NCBI GenBank assembly: GCA_963741205.1
Contig: CAVUHW010000020.1
Coordinates: 1 to 64,000 of the forward strand
DNA: 64,000 nucleotides
Source: Nitrospirota bacterium
Lineage (GTDB): Bacteria > Nitrospirota > UBA9217
Reading direction: 5' to 3'
The translations under genes were made by a program, and so were the position numbers. Shown here piece by piece: positions 53,807 through 64,000 of the stretch (its first letter is position 1; each line of letters starts with the position of its first letter). The notes under the pieces were generated by a model. That model did no database searches and was not told where the DNA came from. It saw nothing but the letters and a program-made list of their open reading frames with translations.

Positions 53807-55037
53807 GAAGTTTCACAGGCTCAGGCGGCTAACCGGGGCTGTCCTCCTCTTAATCCTCATCGGTCTCCCCTTCCTTCGGGTAGACGGAGAGAGCGCATTC
53901 AGGTTCGATATCCCGTCGCTCCGTCTCCTGTTCTTCGGAACCGAGATCTGGATGGCAGACTTCTTCATCATCCTGATCGCGGTGATCTTCCTGACCTTTC
54001 TTACCCTCTTCACGACGACCGTCTTCGGAAGGATGTGGTGCGGATGGCTGTGCCCGCAGACGGTCCTGGTCGACGCCACAGCTTTCGTGGAAACGGCGCG
54101 GACAGCGGGGGCATGCGCGCCAGAGCCATTGCCGCCTCGCGCGGGCATGGTGGTAAGCGCGGTCATTGCCGCGAGCCTGATCGGATACTTTGTATCTCCC
54201 TATGATCTTCCCTCTACTGCTCCGGGCCGGCGGTCATCCGGCGAAGATCGTGGCCGGCTCCTGGCTGCCCTCACCGTAATCCTGTTCCTCGATCTTATCG
54301 CGCTGCGGAGACGGTTTTGCGCAACGGCCTGCCCTTACGCAAAACTGCAGAGCGTGCTGTTCGACGACAGGACGCTGGCGGTCGCGTTCGATCCCGACGC
54401 GCTCGAAGAGTGCATGCGGTGCGGCGCCTGCGTGAAGGCCTGCCCCGTCGGCATCGACATCAGGAAGGGTCTCAAATGGCCTGCATCCACTGCGCCGAGT
54501 GCGTGGACGCCTGCACGGAGCGAATGGCCGCGCATAACCGGAAGATCGCTGGTCAAGCTACATCTTCGGGCTGCCCGGGTGAACGAGGAACCGGGCGTCC
54601 GGCTGAATCCCCTGATCACCGGTGTCATGACCGTGCATTTCCCTCGTGTTCCTTCTCTATCTCTCAGCGTCGCGAGTGCCCTTTGACATGAACGTGCGCC
54701 TGAACTATACCGAAGCGCCGGAGATAAGGACGGACGGCAGTGTAACGAACATCCTATGAATTGTCGCATCAGAAACATGGGGAAGATCAGACCTGGAACT
54801 CGACTTGAGCGCGACCGCGTCGGCCGGCGATGGCCCGAATTTCCCCTGATACCGTGACTGCTCCGAAAAGGCGACGGACATCACGAGGGTGCCGTGTCGC
54901 GGTGACGCTCAGACAATCGTGTCAGGCCGGGATACAGCGTCCCCGTGACAGGTCACGCTGTAGCCGTCGCGATCGAAGAGAGATCAATAAGAGTATCGCA
55001 AGACGAGCGTATTTTATGATGCCGAAGAAGCAATTGA
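53799..55037 (+). CDS. ccoG: CcoG/FixG-like 4Fe-4S accessory protein (many frameshifts)
   Basis: FGRMWCGWLCPQT, FCATACPYAKLQ, CMRCGACVKACPVGIDIR, CIHCAECVDAC. Confidence 0.85.
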
Positions 55038-55050
55038 AAGAGGTTCGAAC

Positions 55051-55468
55051 ATGCGTTTATTGATTGTCATCCTGGTTCATCTGTGTGTATCTTGCGCTTG
55101 CCGCGACGATCGCGGTCGATAGTCGTCGGTTCACGGAGTTTCGAAGGCATCGTTGTCGAAAAACCTTATGAGACCGGACTGTCGTGGGACGAAACACGAG
55201 CGGACAAAAGCAGAGCCTGGGATGGAAGGTCGTCCGTGCAGGGAGCGACGTTCAAGAAGGCAGGAACGAACTGATCTTCACCATCCTCGACAAGAACGGT
55301 GCCTTGCTTGCCGATGCGGTCGCCAGCGTAACGATCAGCAGGCCGTCGACGCGGGCCTACGACAAGACCTATCCAGACCGACGCGAACAGGACGGCCGTT
55401 ACCATGCGGTCATCGAACTCCCGCTCTACGGAAACTGGGACCTAACCATAGATGTCGGTCCGCAATAA
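55051..55468 (+). CDS. FixH/CcoH-like protein (frameshifted)
   Basis: N-terminal TM, FEGIVVEKPYETGL, ISRPST, GRYHA...GNWDL. Confidence 0.7.
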
Positions 55469-55516
55469 TGACCGACGCAGTTTCAAGAATGCAATTTTTG
55501 CGGAACAGAGCGTGAA

Positions 55517-55989
55517 ATGAAACCATTCGTACAGCAAGTCCGGCGCTGCTCAGGTGATCTTCCTTGGGATTGTCACTGATGGTCGCGGCTGTCAATGCCG
55601 CCGCTGCCGGACTGATGCCGACGCAGAAACTGACTGCGATATCCAGCATGGCACCTGCGTCCGGGAAACCGGCGACGGAATGACGGTCGAATTCGATATT
55701 CAGCCTAAGCCGGTGGCCGCCATGTCGGAGCTCATGTTCACCGTCACGCTCACCCGGGGCGGAAAGCCCGTTAGCGGAGGCATCCTCGGTCGTACTCGAT
55801 CTCTCCATGCCCGGCATGTTCATGGGAAAGAACCGGCCGGCCCTGAAGAAGGTAAGCGATGGACGATATGAAGGCAAAGGCGTCATCACGCGGTGTCCCA
55901 GCGGGAATAAAGACCTGGCAGAGCTGAAGTCATCGTCGAACACGACGGGAAAACTGACTGTCGCTGATTTTGTGTTCGAGGTGAAATAA
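55517..55989 (+). CDS. YtkA/FixH-like hypothetical protein (frameshifted)
   Basis: CDIQHGTC, PKPVAAMSEL, DLSMPGMFMG, YEGKGVITRCPSG. Confidence 0.65.
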
Positions 55990-55990
55990 C

Positions 55991-56671
55991 GTGGAGACGG
56001 GCTATCTCCTGGCGCTTACGACAGGCATCCTCGGAGGATTCGGTCACTGTATCGGCATGTGCGGGCCGCTCGTGGCGTCCTATGCGCTTGCATCGCCGTC
56101 CGGGCACCGCGCCCTTGCCTGCCCGTCTCGCCCCTCACCTCCTCTATAACACGGGCCGCATAACCACCTACGGGCTCATGGGCGGCGTCATGGGGCTGTC
56201 GGGTTCGTTCGTTAATGTCGCCGGCAGACTCGCCGGCATCCAGAACATCGTCGCCGTGATCGCCGGCGTCATCATGATCGTCATGGGCTTAGGCATCGCC
56301 GGCATACTCGGCCAGAACGGCATGGATCGAAAAACATAATATCTTCGTCCTTCGGACGGCCCGCCGTATTATCGCATCGCCTTCAGCGTTCCGGTTCTAT
56401 CCCTTGGGCCTTCTTCTCGGTCTGCTCCCCTGCGGGCTTTCCTACACTGTCTTCATTGCGTCCGCCGGGACCGGCGGAATGTTGCCCGGCGCTCTGACCG
56501 CTCTCTTGTTCGGAGCTCGGCACGCTGCCGGCGCTCCTCCTCTTCGGGACCGTTATCTCGTCGCTCACCGCGTCTCTTCGCGGCAGGATCTACAGGGCCG
56601 GCGGAGTGATCGTCATCATCATGGGGATCTATTTTCTCCTCAAGGGAATGAAGCTCTATGCCGGTCTGTGA
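55991..56671 (+). CDS. DsbD_2/TauE-like cbb3 assembly membrane protein (frameshifted)
   Basis: GGFGHCIGMCGP, YNTGRITTY, GLLPCGLSY. Confidence 0.85.
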
Positions 56672-59119
56672 TCATTGCATGCTCGAGGTCTCCGAGCGCG
56701 ACGCGGTTTACGGCGAGATCGGCGGCCAAAAAAAGGTCTTCTGCTGCCACGGATGCAGCGGGATCTACCGCCTCATTCACAGATGAAGGCCTCGATGATT
56801 TCTACGCGCAGCGGCGTGAGTGGACGCCCGGCCCGGCGGAAGACAAGGCAGTAGACGTTTCTGCTTTCCTTGACGGACTGCGTCCCGCGGGAAACGAGAT
56901 CGAGACGGACGTGATCGTCGACGGCATCCGGTGCGCGTCCTGCGTCTGGCTGAATGAAAAGATCCTGCTCCGGACAAAGGGCGTTTCCTCCGCCAACGTG
57001 AATTACGCCACGCACCGGGCCAGGATCCGCTGGGACCCCGCGAGAGATCGACATCGGCACGATCCTTTCCCGCATCAAGTCCATCGGCTATACTCCCAAA
57101 CCCTTCCTGTCCGGGGCATGGGAGGACGACCAGAACCGGCAGTCCCGCGACCTGCTCGTCCGCTTCGGCACCGCGGCCTTCTTCTCCATGCAGCTCATGC
57201 TCTTTTCCATCGCCCTGTATGCGGGATATTTTCAGGGGATCGACGAGAAGATAAAGTCAATTTTTCATGTGATATCGTTCGCGCTCACGACACCGGTCCT
57301 GTTCTATTCGGGCTGGCCGATCATCAAGGGATCTTTCCGGGGCCTCAAGAACCGCACGTTCAACATGGACGTCCTGATCGCGGCAGGCGCCCTTTCCGCT
57401 TACGGGTACAGCATTCTTCAGATGATGACAGGCGGCGAGGTCTATTTCGACACCGCGGCCATGATCATCACGCTCATCCTGCTCGGCAGATACATCGAGT
57501 CGGGCGCCAGGAGAAAGGCGTCGGAGACCATCACGCGGCTGATGCAGCTCGGCCCCAGGGAGGCCCGGAAACTGGACAATATCGCCGATCAGGCCTTATC
57601 CCGCGACTCGCTCGACAAGGCCGCCAGGCAGATGGTCCCCGTATCGTCGCTCCGTCCGGGAGACCTGCTCGAAGTCGTCCCCGGCGAAAAAATCCCCGTT
57701 GACGGCTTCCTTGTTGACGGGTCCTCGGAGACAGATGAATCCATGCTTACGGGCGAGTCAAAGCCCTCGCGCAAAGACCGATCGGAGCCGAGGTATTCGG
57801 CGGCACGCTCAATCTTTACGGCAGCTTTGTCTTTCGCGTGTCCAAAACCGGCAAGGAAACGGTACTGGCGCAGATCATCCGGGCCGTTGAGGACGCCCAG
57901 GCGCGACGGGCCCCGATCCAGTCGTTGGCCGACCGCGTTGTCGGCTATTTCGTTCCCGCGGTCCTTCTCATCGCCCTGCTGACGTTCCTGGGATGGCTGT
58001 ACCACGGAGCGCCGGTTTCTCGGGCCGTCATGAACGCGGTCTCGGTCATGGTCATCGCCTGCCCCTGCGCCCTGGGACTCGCCACACCGCTCGCCATCCT
58101 GATCGGCACATCGAACGGCGCTTCACGGGGCATCCTCATAAAAGGCGGGGATGTGATCGAGAAGACGGCATCCGTTGATTTTGTCGTCCTGGACAAAACG
58201 GGCACCGTCACCGAAGGGAAACCAGCGCTCATCAAATCGTTCGGCGTGGGAATGCCGGACAGCGAAGCCTTCAGGCTTGCGGGGTCTCTGGAACAGAAGT
58301 CCAGAACATTCCCTGGGAAGGGCGATTGCCGACGCCGCGCAAGGGCTCGCTCCTTTCGAGGTCCTTGATTTCTCCGCGATGCCGGGCAGAGGCGTCAAGG
58401 GCATGATCCAGGGGAAAGCCGCGCTTATCGGCAGCAGGGAGTTCATCGAAAACGAGGGCATGAGAGGCGACGGTAAACGCCGGACTCGATGCCGGGCAGC
58501 GAGCTGAACTTTCGCAGAGCGCGGAAATCGGAGCGACGGTCGTTTTCCTGTGTTACGACGGACGTCTCCGCGGCGTCTTCGTGGTTTCCGATAAGGTAAG
58601 GAAGGAAGCGGCAGAGGCCGTTGGTATGCTCAAGAATGCGGGGACTCGGCGTTTCCCTGGTGACGGGAGACAATCTGAATACCGCGAACGCCGTGGCAGC
58701 GACTGCAGGGATCGAAGACGGTGAAAGCGCAGGTATCGCCCCTGCAAAAGGCCGGGGAAATCGAGCAGCTTGAAAATAAGGGACGCCGCGTTCTCATGGC
58801 GGGCGACGGGATCAACGACGCACCCGCGCTCGTTCGGGCCACGGTCGGCGTTGCCATGGGCAGGGCCACGGACATCACCCTCGAGAGCGCCGACATCGTC
58901 ATCATGCGGCCCGACCTGAGGCTCATCCCGGACGCCGTAGCGCTCGCGAAAAAGACCTTCAGGGTCATCAGGCAGAACATCTTCTGGGCGTTCTTTTACA
59001 ACCTCGTGGTCGTCCCCCTGGCGATCCTGGGCGTCCTTCATCCCATCGTGGCGGCGGGCGCCATGGCGTTCAGCTCGCTCACCGTGGTCGGCAATTCTCT
59101 GCGCGCGAGGTTACGCTGA
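56658..59119 (+). CDS. ccoI: Copper-translocating P1B ATPase (frameshifted)
   Basis: CDHC...FCCHGC N-terminus, CASC, TGES, IACPCALG, DKTGT, GDGINDAP. Confidence 0.92.
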
Positions 59120-59397
59120 TGGGGAGCGTGCTCCTTCTGATATTCCTCATGCTCTGCGCGGGGTTTGCGGGATGGCTGTTCTTCCTCTGGGCGGTCAAGA
59201 GCGGGCAGTACGACGACATTGAAGGGCCGAAGTACCGGATGATGGATGATGAGGAAGAGGACAAGGGGCACAGTGAAGAGAATGAAGGGAAAAAAGAAAA
59301 AGTGACAAAACAGAGCTCAATCTTTTTAACGGACGTCGACAATGATGGTTTGGATGCTCCTTTTTTAAACTACGGATCACTGCAACATACGAGCTGA
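59119..59397 (+). CDS. ccoS: cbb3 oxidase assembly protein CcoS (C-terminus probably shorter)
   Basis: FLWAVKSGQYDDIEGP. Confidence 0.9.
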   Translation: MGSVLLLIFLMLCAGFAGWLFFLWAVKSGQYDDIEGPKYRMMDDEEEDKGHSEENEGKKEKVTKQSSIFLTDVDNDGLDAPFLNYGSLQHTS

Positions 59398-59416
59398 ACT
59401 CAGCTCAAGACGAGCT

Positions 59417-59605
59417 TCACTTCGGCCCGCAGGCTAGAGAGCAGCTCCTGGCCGCGGCCTGTTGCTCGTCTTCCGGCAAATGGCACTTCTTGTACTTCCT
59501 GCCGCTCCCGCACCAGCACTCGTCGTTCCTGCCCGGTTTTTCCGTGGGCGCGTCTGTCGTCCCGGTGCTTTTAAAGACGCTCAGTACCCTTTCAATCAAA
59601 CCCAT
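59417..59605 (-). CDS. Small SEC-C motif protein
   Basis: GRNDECWCGSGRKYKKCH; GGAGG RBS. Confidence 0.85.
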   Translation of the reverse strand: MGLIERVLSVFKSTGTTDAPTEKPGRNDECWCGSGRKYKKCHLPEDEQQAAARSCSLACGPK

Positions 59606-59711
59606 TTTACCTCCGTGCCGATACTGCGATGAATTATTCTGACCACGAAAACGTATAATACCACAAAGGTGCAGGTCCCGGTCCCGCGGTCATGGATGGC
59701 GCCGGTTTCCT

Positions 59712-60944
59712 TCATGTTGAACAGATCCTCGTAATATTCCGCTCCGCCTTGGGAACGACCACGATGCCGCTCCCGTCGAAATGGTACGCGCTCTCGCGCC
59801 GGTCCGCTTCGGCATCGAAGCCGATCGACGTGCCTTCGGCGATCACGTTGAACTTGTCCACGATCACCCTCTTCAGACGGCACCCTTTTTTGATTACCGT
59901 GTGGTCCATGATGATGCTTTCCTCGACAATCGCGGCGTCCTCGATCACGACGTCGCTGCGAATTATGGAATTAACGATTTTTGCATTCCTGATGATTGCG
60001 CCTTCCGAGATAACGCTGTTTTCGATCTCCGCCTTCAGGATGCTGGCCGCCGGCCCCTCATACCGGGCTGGATGGATAGGCCATTGCTTGTTGTGCAGGT
60101 CGAAGACGGGCATTTCTCCCAGCATGTCCATGTGGGCCTCGAAAAACGCCTGGATGGTCCCCACGTCCCGCCAGTACCCTTGTTCTTCGAAGGGTTTCGT
60201 TCCCGGTACCACGTTCGTTGCGAAGTCGTAGGCAAAGACCTTCCCCGAACCGATCAGCGACGGAAGGATATGCTTGCCGAAATCATGCTGGTTGTCGGCG
60301 CCGCATTGCAGCGCTTCGAGTAGGACTTCCCTGCTGAAGAGATAATTGCCCATGGATACCAATGCGCGGTCCGGCGCCCCCGGCATCGGCGCCGGGTCCT
60401 TCGGCTTTTCCTGGAACCCGGTGATGCGGCCGTCCCTGTCCGTTGCGATTACGCCGAAGGCCGATGCCTCGCCAAGCGGCACGGGGCGCGCGGCGACCGT
60501 AACATCGGCGCCCTTTTCCAGATGAAAATCGATCATCTGCCGGATGTCCATGCGGTAGATATGGTCCGCGCCAAACACGACGATGATCTCGGGTTGGTGG
60601 TCATGGATCAGATTGATGTTCTGATACACGGCGTCGGCCGTGCCCTGGAACCACTCCGGCCCCATCTTCATCTGAGGAGGGACCACGGCGACAAAGTGTT
60701 CTCTGATGAGCGGAGAAAGCACCCAGTTCTGGCGCACATGCTCGATCAGGGACTGGGATTTGTACTGCACCAGCAGGTAAATGGAGTAGATATGGGAGTT
60801 CAGGAGATTGCTCAGCACGAAGTCCACGATGCGGTACCGACCGCCGAAGGGCACCGAGGGCTTCGTCCGCATGTCCGTGAGCGGCGAGAGCCGCTCGCCC
60901 CTGCCGCCGGCGAGTACGAAAGCCAGTATTTTTGGATGTGCCAT
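59712..60944 (-). CDS. glgC: Glucose-1-phosphate adenylyltransferase
   Basis: LAGGRGERL, KPSVPFGGRYRIVDF, WFQGTADAV, ADHIY, YWRDVGT. Confidence 0.97.
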   Translation of the reverse strand: MAHPKILAFVLAGGRGERLSPLTDMRTKPSVPFGGRYRIVDFVLSNLLNSHIYSIYLLVQYKSQSLIEHVRQNWVLSPLIREHFVAVVPPQMKMGPEWFQGTADAVYQNINLIHDHQPEIIVVFGADHIYRMDIRQMIDFHLEKGADVTVAARPVPLGEASAFGVIATDRDGRITGFQEKPKDPAPMPGAPDRALVSMGNYLFSREVLLEALQCGADNQHDFGKHILPSLIGSGKVFAYDFATNVVPGTKPFEEQGYWRDVGTIQAFFEAHMDMLGEMPVFDLHNKQWPIHPARYEGPAASILKAEIENSVISEGAIIRNAKIVNSIIRSDVVIEDAAIVEESIIMDHTVIKKGCRLKRVIVDKFNVIAEGTSIGFDAEADRRESAYHFDGSGIVVVPKAERNITRICST

Positions 60945-61202
60945 GGAAAGCCTCCTCGGGCTGAGCGAAAAGCGAATAGGACGGTATGCCCACTGGATAT
61001 TAATTGGGTGTCTTGATGAATTCCGGTTGAGCTATTGGTATTTCGAGGACCCGCAATCGTATCAACTCCAGGATGATCCTTTGCCAAAGCATCATATCAT
61101 AACTCGCTATTTTCATACAGTATCTTGTGCATGCTCTCATTAATATTCGCTGAATTCACGCTTTCACTTGGAAGGCAGATAACGGCAAGACCTGGACCAT
61201 GC

Positions 61203-61234
61203 AAAAAACCCTGAGTCAATTATCTACTCAGGGC
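61203..61234 (-). terminator. Intrinsic terminator
   Basis: CCCTGAGT/ACTCAGGG stem with an A-run. Confidence 0.7.
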
Positions 61235-61262
61235 TTCATGGATGAATGCTATAGAAACAACC

Positions 61263-61643
61263 TCAGCACAGTACACATTCTTGATACCACAAGCAATTCA
61301 GCTGACCGCAGGTCCGAACTTGAACCGTCATAAAGCAATCACTATACCCCTCGGCTCTCTGGATTGCTCTTACAAGCTCGATTCTATCCAAATCCTCTGG
61401 ATCAATCCCCATCTTTTCCGCAATGTCTATGATGTCCTTAAGCATCATTTTTTTAGTGTACTCTTCCGTCTTTTTTGCAAGTTCGCAGATGGCTTCAGCC
61501 TTCTCAGGCTTAATTGCCTTCTTTTTCGCGGCAACTTTGTCGGAGGACACTTCCACCTTTTTGGCAGCTTTTTTAATGTCTATAATCTTATCGGTTTTGG
61601 TTGCTTTCTTTTTTGCAGCGTCTTTAATGCTCTTAACCTTCAT
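61263..61643 (-). CDS. Lys/Ala-rich protein with SAP/Rho-N-like Cys-rich C-domain
   Basis: GGAGG RBS; AAKKK repeats; ELVRAIQRAEGYSDCF...CGQLNCLWYQEC. Confidence 0.7.
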   Translation of the reverse strand: MKVKSIKDAAKKKATKTDKIIDIKKAAKKVEVSSDKVAAKKKAIKPEKAEAICELAKKTEEYTKKMMLKDIIDIAEKMGIDPEDLDRIELVRAIQRAEGYSDCFMTVQVRTCGQLNCLWYQECVLC

Positions 61644-62318
61644 TGTTCCTCCCTCAATATACTGGAATTTACAAACACTATTAATTATATCACAATAAGA
61701 AAAGCTTCGCGGATAGAAGCTGCGAATTTCATACCTTGACGATAAGGATTTCATCTGCTATGTTTTGACTAAGGTTAGATACAATATTGGAAGGGATGGG
61801 AGATAACAGAAGCTAACACAAATACCTTGGATTTTGAGCCAGAGGCAACATCTTTTAACTAGCCTAACGCAAGATGCAGTGTGCAAGCCCTCAAATGCAA
61901 CAAAGAGGGAAGTCTAAACACTTGCTGTGGCAGACAAAAAAGTTAAAACAAGCCTCAGATACTCAAAACCCAAGGTATTTTTTATGACCTGCCGCAGCAT
62001 TTCAACCAAACGAGCCGCGCATACTGAGAGTTCTTTCAATTCATCACTAAATAACTCAACGCCGTCTGCCTCTTCCTATTGTCGATCATTTTCACAGCCA
62101 TTGACAATGCCTTCCTGCTCCCGAAAAAAACACATAGCTGTTTAGCTCTGGTCAATCCCGCATAGATGATATTTCTGAACAGCAGCTTATAATGCTGAGT
62201 GGCAACGGGAATGATAAAGGCATCGAATGGTTGCCCTGGATTTTAAAAATGGTAATATCTTGACATTACTCGACATAATCCTGTAATCTACAATCGTAGA
62301 ATTCCCTAATAGGAGACA

Positions 62319-62687
62319 ATGCTTGTGGTCATTAATAACTTGACCCAAAAATCTGCGTCATATCGTTTCCTGATTAAGCTTGAGACTGATGTACAGCACA
62401 TTTGTAAGATGAAATCAACCGAATGGGAAAATGCTTTAAGTTGCGGGGCGTTCATTCTTGAATTGAAGGACAGCATTAATGGATTTTTATCGAAAGACTT
62501 AAAAGCCTGTACAAAGAGTGAGAAAACGATTATAAAGGATTGCCTTGTTGAGATTCGCAAGATATTGCGATTGATTCAGCTCTCCTACAGGACAAAAGTT
62601 TCTTCCCTTACGATACATAGCATGGTTTCGGACATGCGGAACTACATCCATGACGCTCGTATCAACCTTGGGAAAGTTTTATTGTGA
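62319..62687 (+). CDS. Hypothetical protein (AT-rich)
   Basis: AGGAG RBS; upstream TTGACA...CATAAT-like promoter; no recognisable motif. Confidence 0.45.
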   Translation: MLVVINNLTQKSASYRFLIKLETDVQHICKMKSTEWENALSCGAFILELKDSINGFLSKDLKACTKSEKTIIKDCLVEIRKILRLIQLSYRTKVSSLTIHSMVSDMRNYIHDARINLGKVLL

Positions 62688-62863
62688 TAAACAGTTAAGG
62701 ATACACGCCGTTGACCTGTTCCATACCTCCTCACCATAGTCCACCCCAGGGATATTATACGTTCAATACTGCGAATAACGCAAAACCGAATCTGCGCCCT
62801 CGAGAGGTCCCTCGGCTACGGACAACACATCAGTGTCGCCCATAATCGGTTAACCCACACCCT

Positions 62864-63580
62864 TTAGCGGAGTCTGCCACCTCCGTCCACGTCCAGGATA
62901 GCGCCGGTGGTAAATCTGTTGGAGAGGAGGTAACGCGCGGCTTGTGCAAGTTCGTCCGGTTGTCCCACTCGGCCTACTGGGAGGTTGCCTCCCATTTGCT
63001 TGAAGAACGCCTTTTTCTCTTCAGTTGACATCCAGTTGTATGCCGGGGTATCCACCAAACCAGGCGAGAGGATATTGACACGGATTGGCGCAAGCTCCTT
63101 TGCCAAAGTCAAAGCCATGCACATGATCGCTCCATTTACTGACGCGACGCCTGCCGTACCCGGAATTGCAGAGCGGGCCGCTCCGCCGATGGTGAAGAGG
63201 ATTGAACCTTCCTTGCGGATGTACGGTGCACCATATTTGGCGCACAGAAAATATCCCCAAAACTTCGTCTTGAATGCGCTCTCGAGAACGCTCGATTGGA
63301 TATCCGATAGTTTGCCCCAAGCGGGCAGCCCCGCAGCCATCAACACAAGGTGGTCGAAAGCACCCAGCGAGCTGAAAAACTCCCGCACGGCGTCTTCTTT
63401 CGAAAAATCAAGCTGTCTAGCCTCTGATTTACCACCAATTACTGGAAGTGCCCCGTCGAGCTTGTCGCGTGAGCGAGATGCAATAACAACTTGCGCTCCT
63501 TCCGTGGAGAGAAGTTTGGCGGTTTCTAAACCCATTCCCGAGCTTCCCCCTATTACGACGACTCTGCGGTCTTTCAGCAT
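62864..63580 (-). CDS. Short-chain dehydrogenase/reductase (atypical SDR)
   Basis: VIGGSSGMG, LAPIRVNILSPGLVDT, DVDGG; lacks YxxxK; AAGGAG RBS before MLKDRR. Confidence 0.9.
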   Translation of the reverse strand: MLKDRRVVVIGGSSGMGLETAKLLSTEGAQVVIASRSRDKLDGALPVIGGKSEARQLDFSKEDAVREFFSSLGAFDHLVLMAAGLPAWGKLSDIQSSVLESAFKTKFWGYFLCAKYGAPYIRKEGSILFTIGGAARSAIPGTAGVASVNGAIMCMALTLAKELAPIRVNILSPGLVDTPAYNWMSTEEKKAFFKQMGGNLPVGRVGQPDELAQAARYLLSNRFTTGAILDVDGGGRLR

Positions 63581-63791
63581 ACTTTCTCCTTGTTTCGCCA
63601 TCGTGGATTGAGGGTTAATCAGCAGCGCTGTCTACCGGGGCTCCTTCACCGACCCTGGCAATCCGAGCAGCGCCTACTGGGGAGGAATGCCATTTTTTTG
63701 GCAGGACTAAAGAATGCCGATAGTATCTCGGCTCGTCGTCTTGCCCATCATTCTTCTTCCCCCGATGAACAAGAGGCACATAACATCCCTA

Positions 63792-64000
63792 TTATTTCTC
63801 CAGCTCCTTCATTGAATCCAGCATAAGTTTCTTGCCCTGAATCATCTTACTGACCAAGCACAGGTCTTCCGGGTGCAACCTGAACCATTCGATCATATCG
63901 GTTATTTCAAGGATCGGTGTTGCGCACACTGCCGGAGGACCCTCTTTGACTGGCGCAGCTTTTACAGGCTCTTCTTTAAAGAGTTCTTCCTGGGCGGACT
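63792..64000 (-). CDS. Hypothetical protein, C-terminal part (runs off the window)
   Basis: Open frame ...MIEWFRLHPEDLCLVSKMIQGKKLMLDSMKELEK*. Confidence 0.45.
   Translation of the reverse strand, partial: SAQEELFKEEPVKAAPVKEGPPAVCATPILEITDMIEWFRLHPEDLCLVSKMIQGKKLMLDSMKELEK

Noticed and set aside
53661-54686. CcoQ-CcoG fusion ORF
   Set aside because: The CcoQ-typical tail (IEEAKHKMLDDD*) is in another frame, so the fusion is an indel artefact.
59385-59419. SEC-C gene ending CSLACGPK-TGA followed by hairpins (possible C-terminal selenocysteine)
   Set aside because: Read-through adds only SSS before another stop, there is no homologous Cys evidence, and the hairpins between convergent genes fit a terminator.
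61775-62150. GCCTAAC / GTTAG motifs resembling integron attC cores
   Set aside because: No convincing paired L/R boxes, cassette array or integrase.

Overview
This is a 64 kb window of bacterial chromosome, GC-rich in coding regions. Gene content suggests a Nitrospirota/Thermodesulfovibrionia- or deltaproteobacteria-like facultative anaerobe (inference). Many genes are split by single-base indels, often in homopolymers and even in conserved housekeeping genes (nadD, proA, prmA), so these look like uncorrected long-read errors. Genes are reported here as reconstructed units. From left to right: (1) an iron module with bfr, two outer-membrane proteins and fur-feoB-dtxR(FeoA), carrying two Fur boxes; (2) an ~8 kb uncharacterised envelope cluster (two LPP20-like genes, TPR-SLH lipoprotein, secreted transglutaminase, DUF799-DUF4412 lipoprotein, CsgG/FlgT-like lipoprotein, FecR); (3) comF split by a truncated IS607 (tnpA-tnpB); (4) the housekeeping block lapB, rlmH, rsfS, nadD, proA, tlpA, proB, obgE, rpmA, rplU, with a candidate structured RNA right after rlmH; (5) a sigma54 module with USPs, a TauE/SafE transporter, GntR, a kinase, two enhancer-binding proteins (one with GSYTSA instead of GAFTGA), two unannotated FAEAG micro-proteins and three promoters with tandem TGCA-N9/10-TGCA enhancers; (6) hemerythrin, prmA, cupin, a di-haem norC-norB and a 4Fe-4S membrane protein, three of which share a CCTTATGA-N6-TCAT CRP/FNR-type box, plus an IS1380; (7) a probable selenocysteine peroxiredoxin-Rrf2-cbb3 oxidase operon with assembly genes; (8) SEC-C protein, glgC, an SDR and hypotheticals. 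No rRNA, tRNA or CRISPR array was recognised.
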